NCBI GenBank assembly: GCA_017525875.1
Contig: JAFXSG010000048.1
Location: 1,856-65,855, forward strand
Direction: 5' to 3'
Length of the DNA: 64,000 nt
Origin: Clostridia bacterium
GTDB lineage: Bacteria; Bacillota; Clostridia; Christensenellales; CAG-138
In this document: piece after piece, positions 34,722 through 45,923 of the stretch
How the letters are laid out: every line of letters begins with the position of its first letter
Numbering within the stretch: position 1 is the stretch's first letter
Position numbers and translations under genes: made by a program
Notes under the pieces: generated by a model
Databases searched by the model: none
What the model was told of the DNA's origin: nothing
The model's input: only the letters and a program-made list of their open reading frames with translations

Positions 34722-37289
34722 ATGAAAAGGAAACTGATCGGACTGATTATAGCCGTTCTTCTCGCTGCAGAGCTGATACCCTTTGCGGTGTTCGCCCGCA
34801 CCGATGAAACGGCGGAACAAACAAATCCCGACCCCGCGCCGGCGTCAGCGACGATAGAGCTGCGCGGGGAAGAAGGCGAAGACGTCGTCGACGATCTCAA
34901 GGTCTCGCCCGCGATCAATGAAGCAACCAAGGCAACGGCTTTCCAAACCTATGATTTTGAGTACTCTTCAAACTCCGAGTTCACCAACGAATGGGCGCTG
35001 TACGATGCCGACGGCGACGGTTTTAATTGGGAATGGTTCAGCTCCCCGAGCGCGGCAAGCGGCAGCGGACTCATCATGTCCGCCTCGTTCGACAACGATT
35101 CCTACTCCGCGCTGACGCCCGACAACTGGGCGGTCTCCCCCGGCGTCGCGCTTCCCGCGGCCGCGCTGAGCCCCTACATGACCTTCTATTATGCATCCGC
35201 CGACCCCAGCTATCCTACGGAATACCTTGAGGTGTACGCGGCCACGACCAGAACGATGTCCGGCGCGACGCTCCTCTTCTCCGTTACGTCGACTTCGTCC
35301 AACTGGACCAGCGCCACCTGCGATCTGTCCGCCTTTGCCGGACGGACCGTTTACATCGCCTTCCGCCACTGCAACAGCACCGGTATGTTCATGATCTGTG
35401 TGGACTGCGTCCGGTTCTATCAGACCGACCCCGCGAGCCTCAACGAGGCGGCGAACGGCGCCGGCAACAAGCTGCTCTTCACCTCCGAAGGCGATTATCC
35501 CTGGGCAGTTGCGTACGACGGCGATGAGGCCTACGTAAAGAGCAGCAACGAGAGCGTTACGAACTCCACCTCCGTGCTCAATTCCTCTGTCAACGCGATG
35601 GAGGGCGACACGCTGAAATTTGACTTTATGGCCTGGGGCGAAGGCAGTGCAAAGGCCATTTGGGACAAATGTATCTTCTCCGTCAACGGATCGGACGTGC
35701 AGATATGGGGCGCATATCAAAACAACAGCTGGGAGACCTTCAGCTACGCCATCCCGGCCGACGGCACGTACGACCTTTCCTGGACCTACTCCAAGGACAG
35801 CTCGGTCAATCCCACCGGCGACTATTTCGCGATCGACAACGTGCGGCTTGAAAAGGGCACTCCCGATAACCTTATCGCCGGCTACTACTTTGAGGACGAC
35901 GGCACCGGCAGCCCCTCCTGGATGGGCGACTGGTACACCGCCGACAACGACGGCGACGGGAACAAGTGGGTCTGGGGCTATAACGAGGGCCTTGCTCCGT
36001 ACTGCTACGAGGGCTCCGGCATGTACGCCTCCCTTTCCTCCGTGAACGGCGCCGCGCTGACCCCCGACAACTGGGTGATCGTCGGCCCGATCACGCTCAA
36101 GCCGAGCCAGAACCTGCTCAGGTTCCATGCGGGCGGCATCGGCAGCGACAGCCAGAACCAGGAGCATTTCCGCCTGTATTACAACACGAGTCTCAGCGGG
36201 AGCTGGACCTCGATCACAGGGGAGATCACGACGAACGGCGAATACCGGACCTATGAGGTCAATTTGGACAGCTTCGCCGAGCAGTCGATCTACGTAGCCT
36301 TCCGCCACTTCAACTGCACGAACCAGAATATGCTGCGCCTTGACGCGGTCCAGTTCTTCGGTTCCGACGAGGTCCCTCAGCCGATCGACACGGTCGAGAT
36401 CAACGGTTTCGTGGTCCCCGAATGGGGCGAGACCCCCAACACGAGCCAGACCGTTCCGAGCGGCGTGCATTACACCCTCAACAACACTGCGTGGGCATAT
36501 CGCGACATGACGAACGGCAACCAGGCGCAGCTGCCCGCGGGCGAGATCTTCAACAACCCGAACTATGAGTATTATCAGATATTCCTGATCCTTGCGGACA
36601 CGGGCTATCAGTTCGCGGACAGCGTCACCTTTATGATCAACGGCGACACGAGCCTCGTGCAGCAGACCAGCTATAACTCCGCGAACAACTATTACCTTGT
36701 CTACACGAGAGGCTTCACTGTGGTCGATCCGGCGTCGCTGGTCATCGACACGGTCGAGATACTCGGCTACGTCGAGCCCGAGTGGGGAGCGAGCCCGAAC
36801 TTTGGCGTCACCGTGCCCGCAGGCGCTCATTACACGCTCGACTTCTGCAGCTGGGAATACTGTGCAGACGGCATGTACTACATCCTCACCGAGTCCGATC
36901 ACTTCGACGACCCTAACTGTGAATACTTCCTGTACTGCCGCATCCGTGCCGATGAAGGCTGGTACTTTGCGGACAGCGTGACCGTTATCTACAACGGGAA
37001 CGCGCAGCCGGCCTCGCAGGACAGCATTGACGATTACTTCTGGTTCGAGACGGAGCACGTTACCGTTTCCGCGCCGCCGGCCGGCCTGCTGGGCGACATC
37101 GACGGCAGCGGCTCGGTGACCTCGGTCGACGCAGTCTACGCGCTGCGCTATGCGATGAACATCATCTCGCTGGATGCGGACCAGCTCGCACGCGGCGACG
37201 TTGACGGCAGCGGCGCCGTGAACACGTCCGACGCCGTCTACATCATGCGCTACGCGATGGGTATAATATCCTCCTTCCCCGCCGAATAA
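34722..37289 (+). CDS. Secreted dockerin protein with two cleaved-adhesin/choice-of-anchor-J-like domains
   Basis: Signal peptide. Two copies of the W..YDADGDGFNWEW ... LTPDNWAVSP ... EYLEVY ... VYIAFRH pattern. One module of the FxF..W..F.VNG type, two repeats of about 100 aa (IDTVEI.G.V.PEWG..PN), and a C-terminal dockerin GDIDGSGSVTSVDAVYALRYAMN ... GDVDGSGAVNTSDAVYIMRYAMG. Confidence 0.85.
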   Translation: MKRKLIGLIIAVLLAAELIPFAVFARTDETAEQTNPDPAPASATIELRGEEGEDVVDDLKVSPAINEATKATAFQTYDFEYSSNSEFTNEWALYDADGDGFNWEWFSSPSAASGSGLIMSASFDNDSYSALTPDNWAVSPGVALPAAALSPYMTFYYASADPSYPTEYLEVYAATTRTMSGATLLFSVTSTSSNWTSATCDLSAFAGRTVYIAFRHCNSTGMFMICVDCVRFYQTDPASLNEAANGAGNKLLFTSEGDYPWAVAYDGDEAYVKSSNESVTNSTSVLNSSVNAMEGDTLKFDFMAWGEGSAKAIWDKCIFSVNGSDVQIWGAYQNNSWETFSYAIPADGTYDLSWTYSKDSSVNPTGDYFAIDNVRLEKGTPDNLIAGYYFEDDGTGSPSWMGDWYTADNDGDGNKWVWGYNEGLAPYCYEGSGMYASLSSVNGAALTPDNWVIVGPITLKPSQNLLRFHAGGIGSDSQNQEHFRLYYNTSLSGSWTSITGEITTNGEYRTYEVNLDSFAEQSIYVAFRHFNCTNQNMLRLDAVQFFGSDEVPQPIDTVEINGFVVPEWGETPNTSQTVPSGVHYTLNNTAWAYRDMTNGNQAQLPAGEIFNNPNYEYYQIFLILADTGYQFADSVTFMINGDTSLVQQTSYNSANNYYLVYTRGFTVVDPASLVIDTVEILGYVEPEWGASPNFGVTVPAGAHYTLDFCSWEYCADGMYYILTESDHFDDPNCEYFLYCRIRADEGWYFADSVTVIYNGNAQPASQDSIDDYFWFETEHVTVSAPPAGLLGDIDGSGSVTSVDAVYALRYAMNIISLDADQLARGDVDGSGAVNTSDAVYIMRYAMGIISSFPAE

Positions 37290-37418
37290 AAGTTCACATG
37301 CAACCTGAAAGAGAAGGCTCCGCGGAGCCTTCTTTTTTCGCGCAGCAGCTGCGTCCCGGACCGAAGCTCAGCGGAAGAGCCGCGGGCTGCGCAGGCGCGA
37401 TGCGCCGTGCACTTTTAA

Positions 37419-37447
37419 TTGACATTGGCGGCCGAATATGTTATATT
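37419..37447 (+). promoter_or_regulatory. Sigma-A-type promoter of the pruA operon
   Basis: TTGACA, 17-nt spacer, TATATT. It is followed by a leader of about 95 nt. Confidence 0.6.
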
Positions 37448-37547
37448 GTCTACCAGAAGTTTATATGACTTCCTGTTCGTATATTACAATTTGAAGCGGT
37501 CGCAGCACAGGCCGGACGCTTTTGTGTGCGAGCCGAAAAGGAGGATT

Positions 37548-39176
<1,629 letters not shown>

Positions 39177-39259
39177 TGGCAACGGCCGGCGGCCGCCTTT
39201 CCCGGGCGGCTCCCGGCCGATCTTAAGCTTGCAAAACTTTTTTGAAAGGAAATGCGGAT

Positions 39260-39565
39260 ATGAGGATTATTGAGCACCCGATTCTCAACTTCGACCGCGG
39301 CAAGGAGATCAATTTCACCTTCAACGGTCAGCCCATGAAAGGGTATGAAGGCGAAACGATCGCGGCGGCCCTCCACGCGGCAGGCGTCAAAGTGCTTGCA
39401 AAGAGCCTGGAAAAGCACCGCCCCCGCGGTTTTTACTGCGCAATCGGCAACTGCGCCTCCTGCCAGATGATCGTTGACGGCGAACCGAACGTCAGGACCT
39501 GCATCACGCTCCTTCGTGAAGGCATGACGGTCGAGACGCAGGAAGGCAAGGGGAGGATCGTATGA
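39260..39565 (+). CDS. (2Fe-2S)-binding small subunit (sarcosine oxidase alpha N-terminal-like)
   Basis: FNGQPMKGYEGETIAAALHAAGVKVL ... RPRGFYCAIGNCASCQMIVDGEPNVRTC. Confidence 0.7.
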   Translation: MRIIEHPILNFDRGKEINFTFNGQPMKGYEGETIAAALHAAGVKVLAKSLEKHRPRGFYCAIGNCASCQMIVDGEPNVRTCITLLREGMTVETQEGKGRIV

Positions 39566-40653
39566 AAGAAGTTGAACTGCTGATCATCGGTTCCGGCCCC
39601 GCCGGCCTGTGCGCCGCCATCTCCGCGGCATCGTCCGGAGCGAGCGTGCTCATTCTCGAGCGCAGCTTCCGCCCGGGCGGACAGCTCATCAAGCAGACCC
39701 ACATGTTCTTCGGTTCGGAGAGCCAGTACGCCTCCCACCGCGGCGTGGACATCGCCGGCATCCTGCTCAAAAAGCTTGAGGAGTACGGCGATCGGATCGA
39801 GCTCATGCTGAACTCGACCGCCGTCGGCTTCTACGAGGACAACGTGGTCACCGTTCTGCGCGACGAGAAGGAATACTTCAAAGTCAGGGCCGGATCCGTC
39901 ATCTGCGCCACAGGCGCATTTGAAAAATCCCTGGCGTTCCCGAACAACGACCTGCCCGGCATCTACGGCGCGGGCGCCGTGCAGACCCTGATGAACGTTT
40001 ACGGCATCCAGCCCGGCAACCGCGTTCTGATGGTCGGCGCGGGCAATATCGGCGTTATCGTGAGCTATCAGCTCATGCAGGCCGGCATCGAAGTCGTGGC
40101 CGTGCTCGACGCGGCGCCGCGCATCGGCGCGTACCTCGTCCACGCGTCGAAGCTCGCGCGGATGGGCGTCCCCATCCTCACCTCCCACACGGTCAAAGAG
40201 GCCATCGGCACGGACTGCCTCGAGGCCGCGATCGTATGCGAGGTGGACGACAGGTTCCGCCCCATCCCCGGCACCGAAAAGCGCTATGACGTGGACGTTA
40301 TGTGCATCTCCGTCGGCCTCAGCCCGCTCAACGAGCTGCTCGCGATGCGCGGGGTCGAAATGAAATACGTTCCTCAGCTGAGCGGACAGGTCCCGATGAG
40401 GACCGAAAACTGCGAAACGAGCATCCCCGGCATCTTCGTCGCCGGAGACGCCTCCGGCATCGAGGAAGCCAGCTCCGCCATGGCGGAGGGTTATCTCGCC
40501 GGCCTGTGCGCGGCTGCGAAGCTCGGCCACGTTCCCGGGGATTTCGAACAGCGCAGGAAGGAATACCTCAGCCAGCTTGACGGTCTGAGGTCCGGCCCGG
40601 TCGGCGACCGCATCCGCGCCGGCATGAAGATCACTGAGCTTAAGGAGGAATGA
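39562..40653 (+). CDS. NAD(P)/FAD-dependent oxidoreductase subunit
   Basis: Two Rossmann dinucleotide motifs (LLIIGSGPAGLCAA; VLMVGAGNIGV) and GIFVAGDASG. A 4-nt overlap with the upstream gene. Confidence 0.75.
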   Translation: MKEVELLIIGSGPAGLCAAISAASSGASVLILERSFRPGGQLIKQTHMFFGSESQYASHRGVDIAGILLKKLEEYGDRIELMLNSTAVGFYEDNVVTVLRDEKEYFKVRAGSVICATGAFEKSLAFPNNDLPGIYGAGAVQTLMNVYGIQPGNRVLMVGAGNIGVIVSYQLMQAGIEVVAVLDAAPRIGAYLVHASKLARMGVPILTSHTVKEAIGTDCLEAAIVCEVDDRFRPIPGTEKRYDVDVMCISVGLSPLNELLAMRGVEMKYVPQLSGQVPMRTENCETSIPGIFVAGDASGIEEASSAMAEGYLAGLCAAAKLGHVPGDFEQRRKEYLSQLDGLRSGPVGDRIRAGMKITELKEE

Positions 40654-41144
40654 AGATGTTTGAGAAAACAGGTGTGGCCTCCCGTGAAATGGTCATGACG
40701 AAATTTCCTCCCATTGAGAGGATCAACAAAGGCCCCGTCGCGGTGGTGGAATGCTATCAGAAGATCCCCTGCAATCCCTGCCAGACCGCCTGCCCGTTCG
40801 GCGCGATCCGGATCGGCGAGGATATCAACAACATCCCGGAGAGGGATGAAGCGGTTTGCACCGGCTGCGGCATGTGCGTTGCGAAATGCCCCGGCCTGTC
40901 CATCATGATCGTGGACGGATCGAAATCGGCTGAGACCGTCGAGTTCCGCATCCCCTACGAGTTCCTGCCGCTGCCCGCGGCGGGCGAAAAGGTCGTCGGC
41001 CTCGACCGCGCCGGACAGCCCGTCTGCGAAGCGAAGGTCATAAAGGTGATGAATCCCCCCTCCTTCGACCGCACGCCGGTCATCACGCTCGAGGTCGACC
41101 GCAGATATCTCTATGATTTCCGCAATTTCAGGAGGGAGGCGTAA
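40650..41144 (+). CDS. 4Fe-4S ferredoxin-domain subunit
   Basis: CNPCQTACPFGAI and CTGCGMCVAKCPG cysteine clusters. Confidence 0.7.
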   Translation: MKMFEKTGVASREMVMTKFPPIERINKGPVAVVECYQKIPCNPCQTACPFGAIRIGEDINNIPERDEAVCTGCGMCVAKCPGLSIMIVDGSKSAETVEFRIPYEFLPLPAAGEKVVGLDRAGQPVCEAKVIKVMNPPSFDRTPVITLEVDRRYLYDFRNFRREA

Positions 41145-41147
41145 CAC

Positions 41148-41435
41148 ATGGATATGGATGAAAACACCATCATTTGCCGCTGCAGCGACGTTACGCTGAA
41201 GGACATCCGGGACCTTATCGCCCAGGGCTACGTGACCTACGACGAGATCAAGCGCATCACCCGCATCGGCATGGGCCCCTGCCAGGGCAAGACCTGCGGC
41301 CAGCTCGTGCTCCGCGAGATCGCGAACGCCACCGGGCAGAACATTGCCGATCTCAAGTTCCACAACATTCGTCCCCCCGTGGTCGGTGTGAAGCTGCATC
41401 TTATCGCAGAGGAGGCCGCAAAGCATGAAGACTAA
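41148..41435 (+). CDS. BFD-like (2Fe-2S)-binding small subunit
   Basis: ICRCSDVTLKDIRDLI ... GMGPCQGKTC. Confidence 0.7.
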   Translation: MDMDENTIICRCSDVTLKDIRDLIAQGYVTYDEIKRITRIGMGPCQGKTCGQLVLREIANATGQNIADLKFHNIRPPVVGVKLHLIAEEAAKHED

Positions 41436-42573
41436 AGCTGATATCGTCATCATCGGCGCCGGCATGTCCGGCTGCTCCATCGCCTACAATCTCGCCGTCC
41501 GCGGTGCGAAAAACATCGTGGTGCTGGAAAAGGGCTTCATCTGCTCCGGCTCCACCGGCGCGTGCGGCGCGGGCTTCCGCATGCAGTGGGGCACCGAAAT
41601 GAACTGCCGCATGTCCAAGTTCTCCACGGAGTTCTTTGAGCACGCGAACGAGATCCTCGAATACGACGGGGATATCGAGCTGCGCCAGAGCGGCTATCTG
41701 ATGATCGCCGACACCGAGAAGGAGCTCACCCAGTTCCGCAAGAACATCGAGGTGCAGCACGCCTGCGGCATCCCCTCCCGCATGGTCAGCCTTGAGGAAG
41801 CGAAGGAGATCGTCCCCCACCTCAACACCTCCATCCTTTCCGGCGCCGCCTACTGCCAGAAGGACGGTTTTTTGAACCCGCACAAGACGACGGACGCCTT
41901 CTACAAGGCCGCCAAGCGCCTGGGCGTTGAGTTCAACACCTATACCGAGGTGACCGGCATCAAGGTCGAAAAGGGAAGGATCGTCGGCGTTCAGACCAAT
42001 AAGGGCTATATCGAGACCCCGATCGTCGTCAACGCCGCCAATGCCTGGTCCCAGGGCATCGCGAAGATGGTGGGCGTGGACCTGCCGCTGTATTCCGAGC
42101 GCCACCAGATCCTCGTCACCGAACCCGTCGAGCCCATGCAGGACCCGATGGTCATGGCGTTCAACCTGAACCTCTACGTTCAGCAGACGCCGCACGGCTC
42201 GTTCATCATGGGCCGCAGCGACTCCTCGGAGCCGAGGGACCTTCGCAGGACCTCCTCGTGGCACTTCCTTGAGGAGATGGCAAAGACCATCGACAACGTG
42301 CTGCCCGCCATCGGCAAGCTGCGCGTCATCCGCCAGTGGGCCGGCCTCTACAATATGTCGCCCGACCGCCAGCCCATCTACGACAAGGTGGAGGAGGTCG
42401 AGGGCTTCTACGTTGCCTGCGGCTTCAGCGGCCACGGCTTCATGTTCGGCCCCGTCACCGGCACGGTCATGAGCGAAATGATCCTCGGCCTCGAGCCCAC
42501 GATCGACGCGTCGAGGCTGAAGCTCACCCGCTTTGCCGAGGGCAATCTGTTCACCGAGCCTTCCGTCGTTTGA
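41425..42573 (+). CDS. FAD-dependent oxidoreductase (DAO family; sarcosine oxidase beta / L-proline dehydrogenase beta-like)
   Basis: ADIVIIGAGMSGCSIAYNLA (FAD GxGxxG) and a C-terminal GFSGHGFMFGP motif. Confidence 0.75.
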   Translation: MKTKADIVIIGAGMSGCSIAYNLAVRGAKNIVVLEKGFICSGSTGACGAGFRMQWGTEMNCRMSKFSTEFFEHANEILEYDGDIELRQSGYLMIADTEKELTQFRKNIEVQHACGIPSRMVSLEEAKEIVPHLNTSILSGAAYCQKDGFLNPHKTTDAFYKAAKRLGVEFNTYTEVTGIKVEKGRIVGVQTNKGYIETPIVVNAANAWSQGIAKMVGVDLPLYSERHQILVTEPVEPMQDPMVMAFNLNLYVQQTPHGSFIMGRSDSSEPRDLRRTSSWHFLEEMAKTIDNVLPAIGKLRVIRQWAGLYNMSPDRQPIYDKVEEVEGFYVACGFSGHGFMFGPVTGTVMSEMILGLEPTIDASRLKLTRFAEGNLFTEPSVV

Positions 42574-42613
42574 CGCGGGGTCCGGGCGGACAGATCAAAA
42601 CCGCAAAACAAAA

Positions 42614-42646
42614 GGGATGGGATCCTCTCGGGTCCCATCCCTTTAT
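42614..42646. terminator. Bidirectional hairpin terminator between convergent operons
   Basis: GGGATGGGA...TCCCATCCC flanked by an A-run and a T-run. Confidence 0.7.
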
Positions 42647-42698
42647 CATGCTCCGTCAGTTCGCTTTTCTTCTTTTTGAAATGGTCGTCCTGCGCCCG

Positions 42699-43709
42699 TC
42701 AATTCGGCTCGATCATCAGGATCAGTCCCGATCTTGATACGCTGTATCTCAGAGCGTTCGAACCAAACCCCGGGATCGTGTATGCCTTATGGGAATCGAT
42801 CAGATCCCGCTCGGCCTGTTCCGCAGAAGCTCTTGTCTTAAACTTCAAATAGAACTTTTTTGAATACCGGAGCTGCTGTGCGGCGATCGCGCTCGCCTGC
42901 TGGAACGAGTATCTGTCAAGAAACCACCCGCGGTACTTGAAATAATCGAACCTCTTGCCGAAGTTCTGCGGAATGAACTGCCCTGCGGCAATAACATGGG
43001 TCCGGAGCAGCTCCTGAAGATCCAGGCAGAAGAAATCATGCGACAGGTTGTCGCCGCCCGCGCCGTTCGTTACCCTCGGATCATCCCAGGTGACGTCGAC
43101 GAAGTAGTATCCGTCGCTGAGCTTTATATAGTTCCACTCATGGTCCACCGCACCGGTCCGTGCCGAACTCGACCTGCCCGCTACGCGGCCGCACTCTACC
43201 CCGATCTTCTGCATCAGGACCTGGAAGGCAGCCGCATACCCGGCGCAAACGGCGCGGCGCTGCACAAGGCAGCCGTAAGCATCGTAGCAATGCGGCTCTG
43301 CCTGCACGTAATCGACGTCGTTAACGATGCGGTCATGCAGATAAAGTATCTGCTCATAAAGGTCCGATGAGCTGCGCATTGCGTCTCTGACGTATCCGGC
43401 GGCGACGTTTTCCAGCTGCCGGCGCATTGCCGGGACGGCGGATAATGCGCATGCGAAGTTTGGCCTGAATTCCAGCGTTATACTGCTGCCGCGGGTCGTG
43501 GTGGTGCTGCTGCTTCCGTTTGAAAGCCAGAAGTATTCCGGGTGATCCCGAAGAACGGCCTTATAGACCCGCTTAACAAAATCGTAGTTTTGCTGCTGAA
43601 ATACCCAAACGGGCTTGTATGACTCTATCAGGCCGACGATCTCATTGTAGCACCTCTGCTCCGCAGCGGTCAGCGTCCCGCTGCCGTTTCCCGAGTTGTT
43701 GAAAAACAT
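42699..43709 (-). CDS. Transglutaminase-like cysteine protease-fold protein (no signal peptide)
   Basis: CAGYAAAFQVLMQKIGVECGRVAG ... DHEWNYIKL.DGYYFVDVTWDD (a Cys-His-Asp triad arrangement). It is the last gene of the operon. Confidence 0.75.
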   Translation of the reverse strand: MFFNNSGNGSGTLTAAEQRCYNEIVGLIESYKPVWVFQQQNYDFVKRVYKAVLRDHPEYFWLSNGSSSTTTTRGSSITLEFRPNFACALSAVPAMRRQLENVAAGYVRDAMRSSSDLYEQILYLHDRIVNDVDYVQAEPHCYDAYGCLVQRRAVCAGYAAAFQVLMQKIGVECGRVAGRSSSARTGAVDHEWNYIKLSDGYYFVDVTWDDPRVTNGAGGDNLSHDFFCLDLQELLRTHVIAAGQFIPQNFGKRFDYFKYRGWFLDRYSFQQASAIAAQQLRYSKKFYLKFKTRASAEQAERDLIDSHKAYTIPGFGSNALRYSVSRSGLILMIEPN

Positions 43710-43732
43710 ATTCGTTCCCTCTCTCCGATCGT

Positions 43733-43966
43733 TTACAGCATCAGCTTTATCTTGTGCAGGAAGTATATGCAGGCTTCCTTTTCGGTGCCGAACTCCATAA
43801 GCTCATATCTTCTCCCGCGTTCACCTCTGAACACGATCCACTTGCCGTTCTCCTCCATGATGCAAAGAGCTTCCTCGGCATAGCGGCCTATACCGCAGTG
43901 ACGGGGCGGCGCTCCGATTTTGACCAATGCCTGCTTAAGCAATTCGATATAGTTTACTTCTTCCAT
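43733..43966 (-). CDS. Small (77 aa) putative immunity protein for the TNT toxin
   Basis: AAGGTGA RBS. It starts 7 nt after the toxin stop. The call rests on position only. Confidence 0.5.
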   Translation of the reverse strand: MEEVNYIELLKQALVKIGAPPRHCGIGRYAEEALCIMEENGKWIVFRGERGRRYELMEFGTEKEACIYFLHKIKLML

Positions 43967-43973
43967 TCCGGGA

Positions 43974-44684
43974 TCACCTTATCTTCATCATTGTTCTGTT
44001 CGGGTTGTTCGGGTTGGACATTTCAGCAAAGCTCTGTGAAAAATGGTACTGCTGTCCGCCGCCGACTTCTCCGAAATTCGGGGCTGCCTTGCCGCTGGTG
44101 CAGTTCACCGGCTTTATGATCTGGTATTCGTGATACTCCTGGGAGTTCTCTTCATAAGGCAGCGACAGTTTCGAATGATCCGTCCCCACATCCGTTGCGT
44201 TGGATCCGAAGTCGCTCCCGTATCTGGCAATGACCTTGCCGGGTTCAAGCGTTGTTTCGTCTATCTTCTCGTTCTTGTCAAAGCCTTCCCCGTCGGAGTG
44301 CTTTGCATACGCGTCCCAGTCTATCGACCACTCGCCCGTCTCGTTGTAGTTTTCGCTGTATTTAATGTATTTCTCATCCTTAACGATCGGCACTTCCGGG
44401 ACAAGCTTGCCGTCCTTATTAAGGGCCGGTTCTTCTTTGGACTGTATAACCGTTTCTTCGCCTTTTTCGCTCTTGGTAAAGCTGACATCCGTCAGCAGTT
44501 CTTCTTCGTATTCATGCGGATCGTATCCGGGGTCGTACAAGTCCTTCTCGCTTTCATCCGTAAACAGATCGCTGTTTTCAGTTTCACCGCTCTCGATGCC
44601 GCTCTCAAAAGCTTCGCCCGAAGATTCGCCGCTTCCGCCCTGGCTTCCGTTATTGCCGGAATCTCCGCCTTCTTCGCCTGGCAT
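43974..44684 (-). CDS. TNT-domain (NAD+ glycohydrolase) toxin with an acidic disordered N-terminus
   Basis: GGGAGGAA RBS. The C-terminus IARYGSDFGS...KLSLPYEENSQEYHEYQIIKPV...GKAAPNFGEVGGGQQYHF matches the TNT consensus (RxG ... LP ... YxVxKP ... GxxAPxFGxxGGGxQ). Confidence 0.75.
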   Translation of the reverse strand: MPGEEGGDSGNNGSQGGSGESSGEAFESGIESGETENSDLFTDESEKDLYDPGYDPHEYEEELLTDVSFTKSEKGEETVIQSKEEPALNKDGKLVPEVPIVKDEKYIKYSENYNETGEWSIDWDAYAKHSDGEGFDKNEKIDETTLEPGKVIARYGSDFGSNATDVGTDHSKLSLPYEENSQEYHEYQIIKPVNCTSGKAAPNFGEVGGGQQYHFSQSFAEMSNPNNPNRTMMKIR

Positions 44685-44733
44685 TTACTGTTCCTCCCTT
44701 GGTTTATTCTTCGCCGCATGATCGGCGCCGCGC

Positions 44734-45138
44734 TCAGATACGCGCGAACCTCGCAATGATATAGCCGTTCAGCTTCAGATTGGTCTCCGACAAGGTGTTG
44801 TTTCCGGGAATGAAGCGATAGACCTTGTCGTTGCTGTCAACGAGAATAAAATCCCAGTCTCCCCTGTCTTCAAGCGCGATCATGTCCTTCGTCTGCGGAA
44901 AACGTTTATGAAGGGAAGCCGTCCTCACGATCATGTCGGACTTCTCCATCTGTATGCTGTTGACTCCGTAGAATTCGATGTGACTGCAGCCAAGGTATCC
45001 GTAGTCGGTAATATAAGAAGCGAGCTGTTCTCCGATCCTCACGCCGACGAGTCTCTCCATTTCCGGTATGTACGACGCGTCCACCCTGTTGTAGGTAAAG
45101 TCCACGTCATTCTGATCAACAAACTCACTGAGTTTCAT
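44734..45138 (-). CDS. SMI1/KNR4 (SUKH-1) family immunity protein
   Basis: AAGGAGG RBS. It starts 2 nt after the nuclease toxin stop. YIPEMERLVGVRIGEQLASYITDYGYL is a SUKH-type N-terminal motif. Confidence 0.7.
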   Translation of the reverse strand: MKLSEFVDQNDVDFTYNRVDASYIPEMERLVGVRIGEQLASYITDYGYLGCSHIEFYGVNSIQMEKSDMIVRTASLHKRFPQTKDMIALEDRGDWDFILVDSNDKVYRFIPGNNTLSETNLKLNGYIIARFARI

Positions 45139-45140
45139 CG

Positions 45141-45923
45141 TTAAGCCTCCTTTGCTCTTGCCTTCCAGTGATCCGGGCGGTGATGGTTATTGTAGTAGTT
45201 CTCCTTCGTATTGTCGCTGCGCCAGCTTTCTTCCGCCTTTGTATGAAGCGTTGAATAGTGTTCCCCGTGTTCCGAATCCGCGGTCAGCTCCGCGAGCGGG
45301 GAATCGTATTCCTGCCCGATATGGTGCAGCTCTATTTGTTCCCCTGTTTTTGCATCAAACGGCGGACGGCCCTCTTCCATAAGCTGCCGATTGGTCATGC
45401 CGGTCTTGGGGTCGACGTAATCCATATCTATATCTTCCCTCACAAGGCAGGTACGCCCATCGACTTCGGTCTCCTTCAGGCCGGCGTTCTGATAGACCTC
45501 CAGCTCCTCCACCGAGGAGATATGATCGTTCACCTCGTCGGAATACTCGCTTTTCTCGTATATCTCGGAACGGTCCGCCTCTTCGTCCGTCTCGCCTTCC
45601 TCGGGCTGTTCTTCCTCCGGAGTTTCCTCCTCGGGCTGTTCCTCCTCCGGAGTTTCCTCCTCGGGCTGTTCCTCCTCGGGCTGTTCCTCCTCCGGAGTTT
45701 CCTCCTCGGGCTGTTCTTCCTCCGGAGTTTCCTCCTCGCCGTTCCCGTCGGACTTATCCATCAGGTCATCGTCGGCGCCTTCTTCGCCTTCATCCCCTTC
45801 GGGCTCCTCCGTTTCAACAAGATCGTCTTCCTCGCCGGGTTCTGAGGACTCATCCATTCCCTGTTCGGGATCATCGCTTTCGTTCGTGGAATCATAATCA
45901 TCTTCAGGGCACATTGCGTTCAC
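45141..45923 (-). CDS. HNH/EndoVII-fold nuclease toxin (LHH-type motif) with an acidic repeat N-terminus
   Basis: C-terminus KTGEQIELHHIGQEYDSPLAELTADSEHGEHYSTLH. The GTG start at 45923 overlaps the ATPase stop (GTGA), and an alternative ATG at 45914 has an AGGAAG RBS. About 120 N-terminal residues are D/E/P-rich. Confidence 0.7.
   Translation of the reverse strand: MNAMCPEDDYDSTNESDDPEQGMDESSEPGEEDDLVETEEPEGDEGEEGADDDLMDKSDGNGEEETPEEEQPEEETPEEEQPEEEQPEEETPEEEQPEEETPEEEQPEEGETDEEADRSEIYEKSEYSDEVNDHISSVEELEVYQNAGLKETEVDGRTCLVREDIDMDYVDPKTGMTNRQLMEEGRPPFDAKTGEQIELHHIGQEYDSPLAELTADSEHGEHYSTLHTKAEESWRSDNTKENYYNNHHRPDHWKARAKEA
45597..45737 (-). repeat. Tandem 30-nt coding repeats (EETPEEEQPE units) inside the nuclease toxin gene
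   Basis: Plus-strand unit ctcctcgggctgttc(c/t)tcctccggagtttc, iterated about 4.5 times. Confidence 0.85.

Noticed and set aside
34968-37058. 696-aa minus-strand ORF
   Set aside because: Antisense shadow of dockerin gene 34722-37289, with the same mirror-composition argument.
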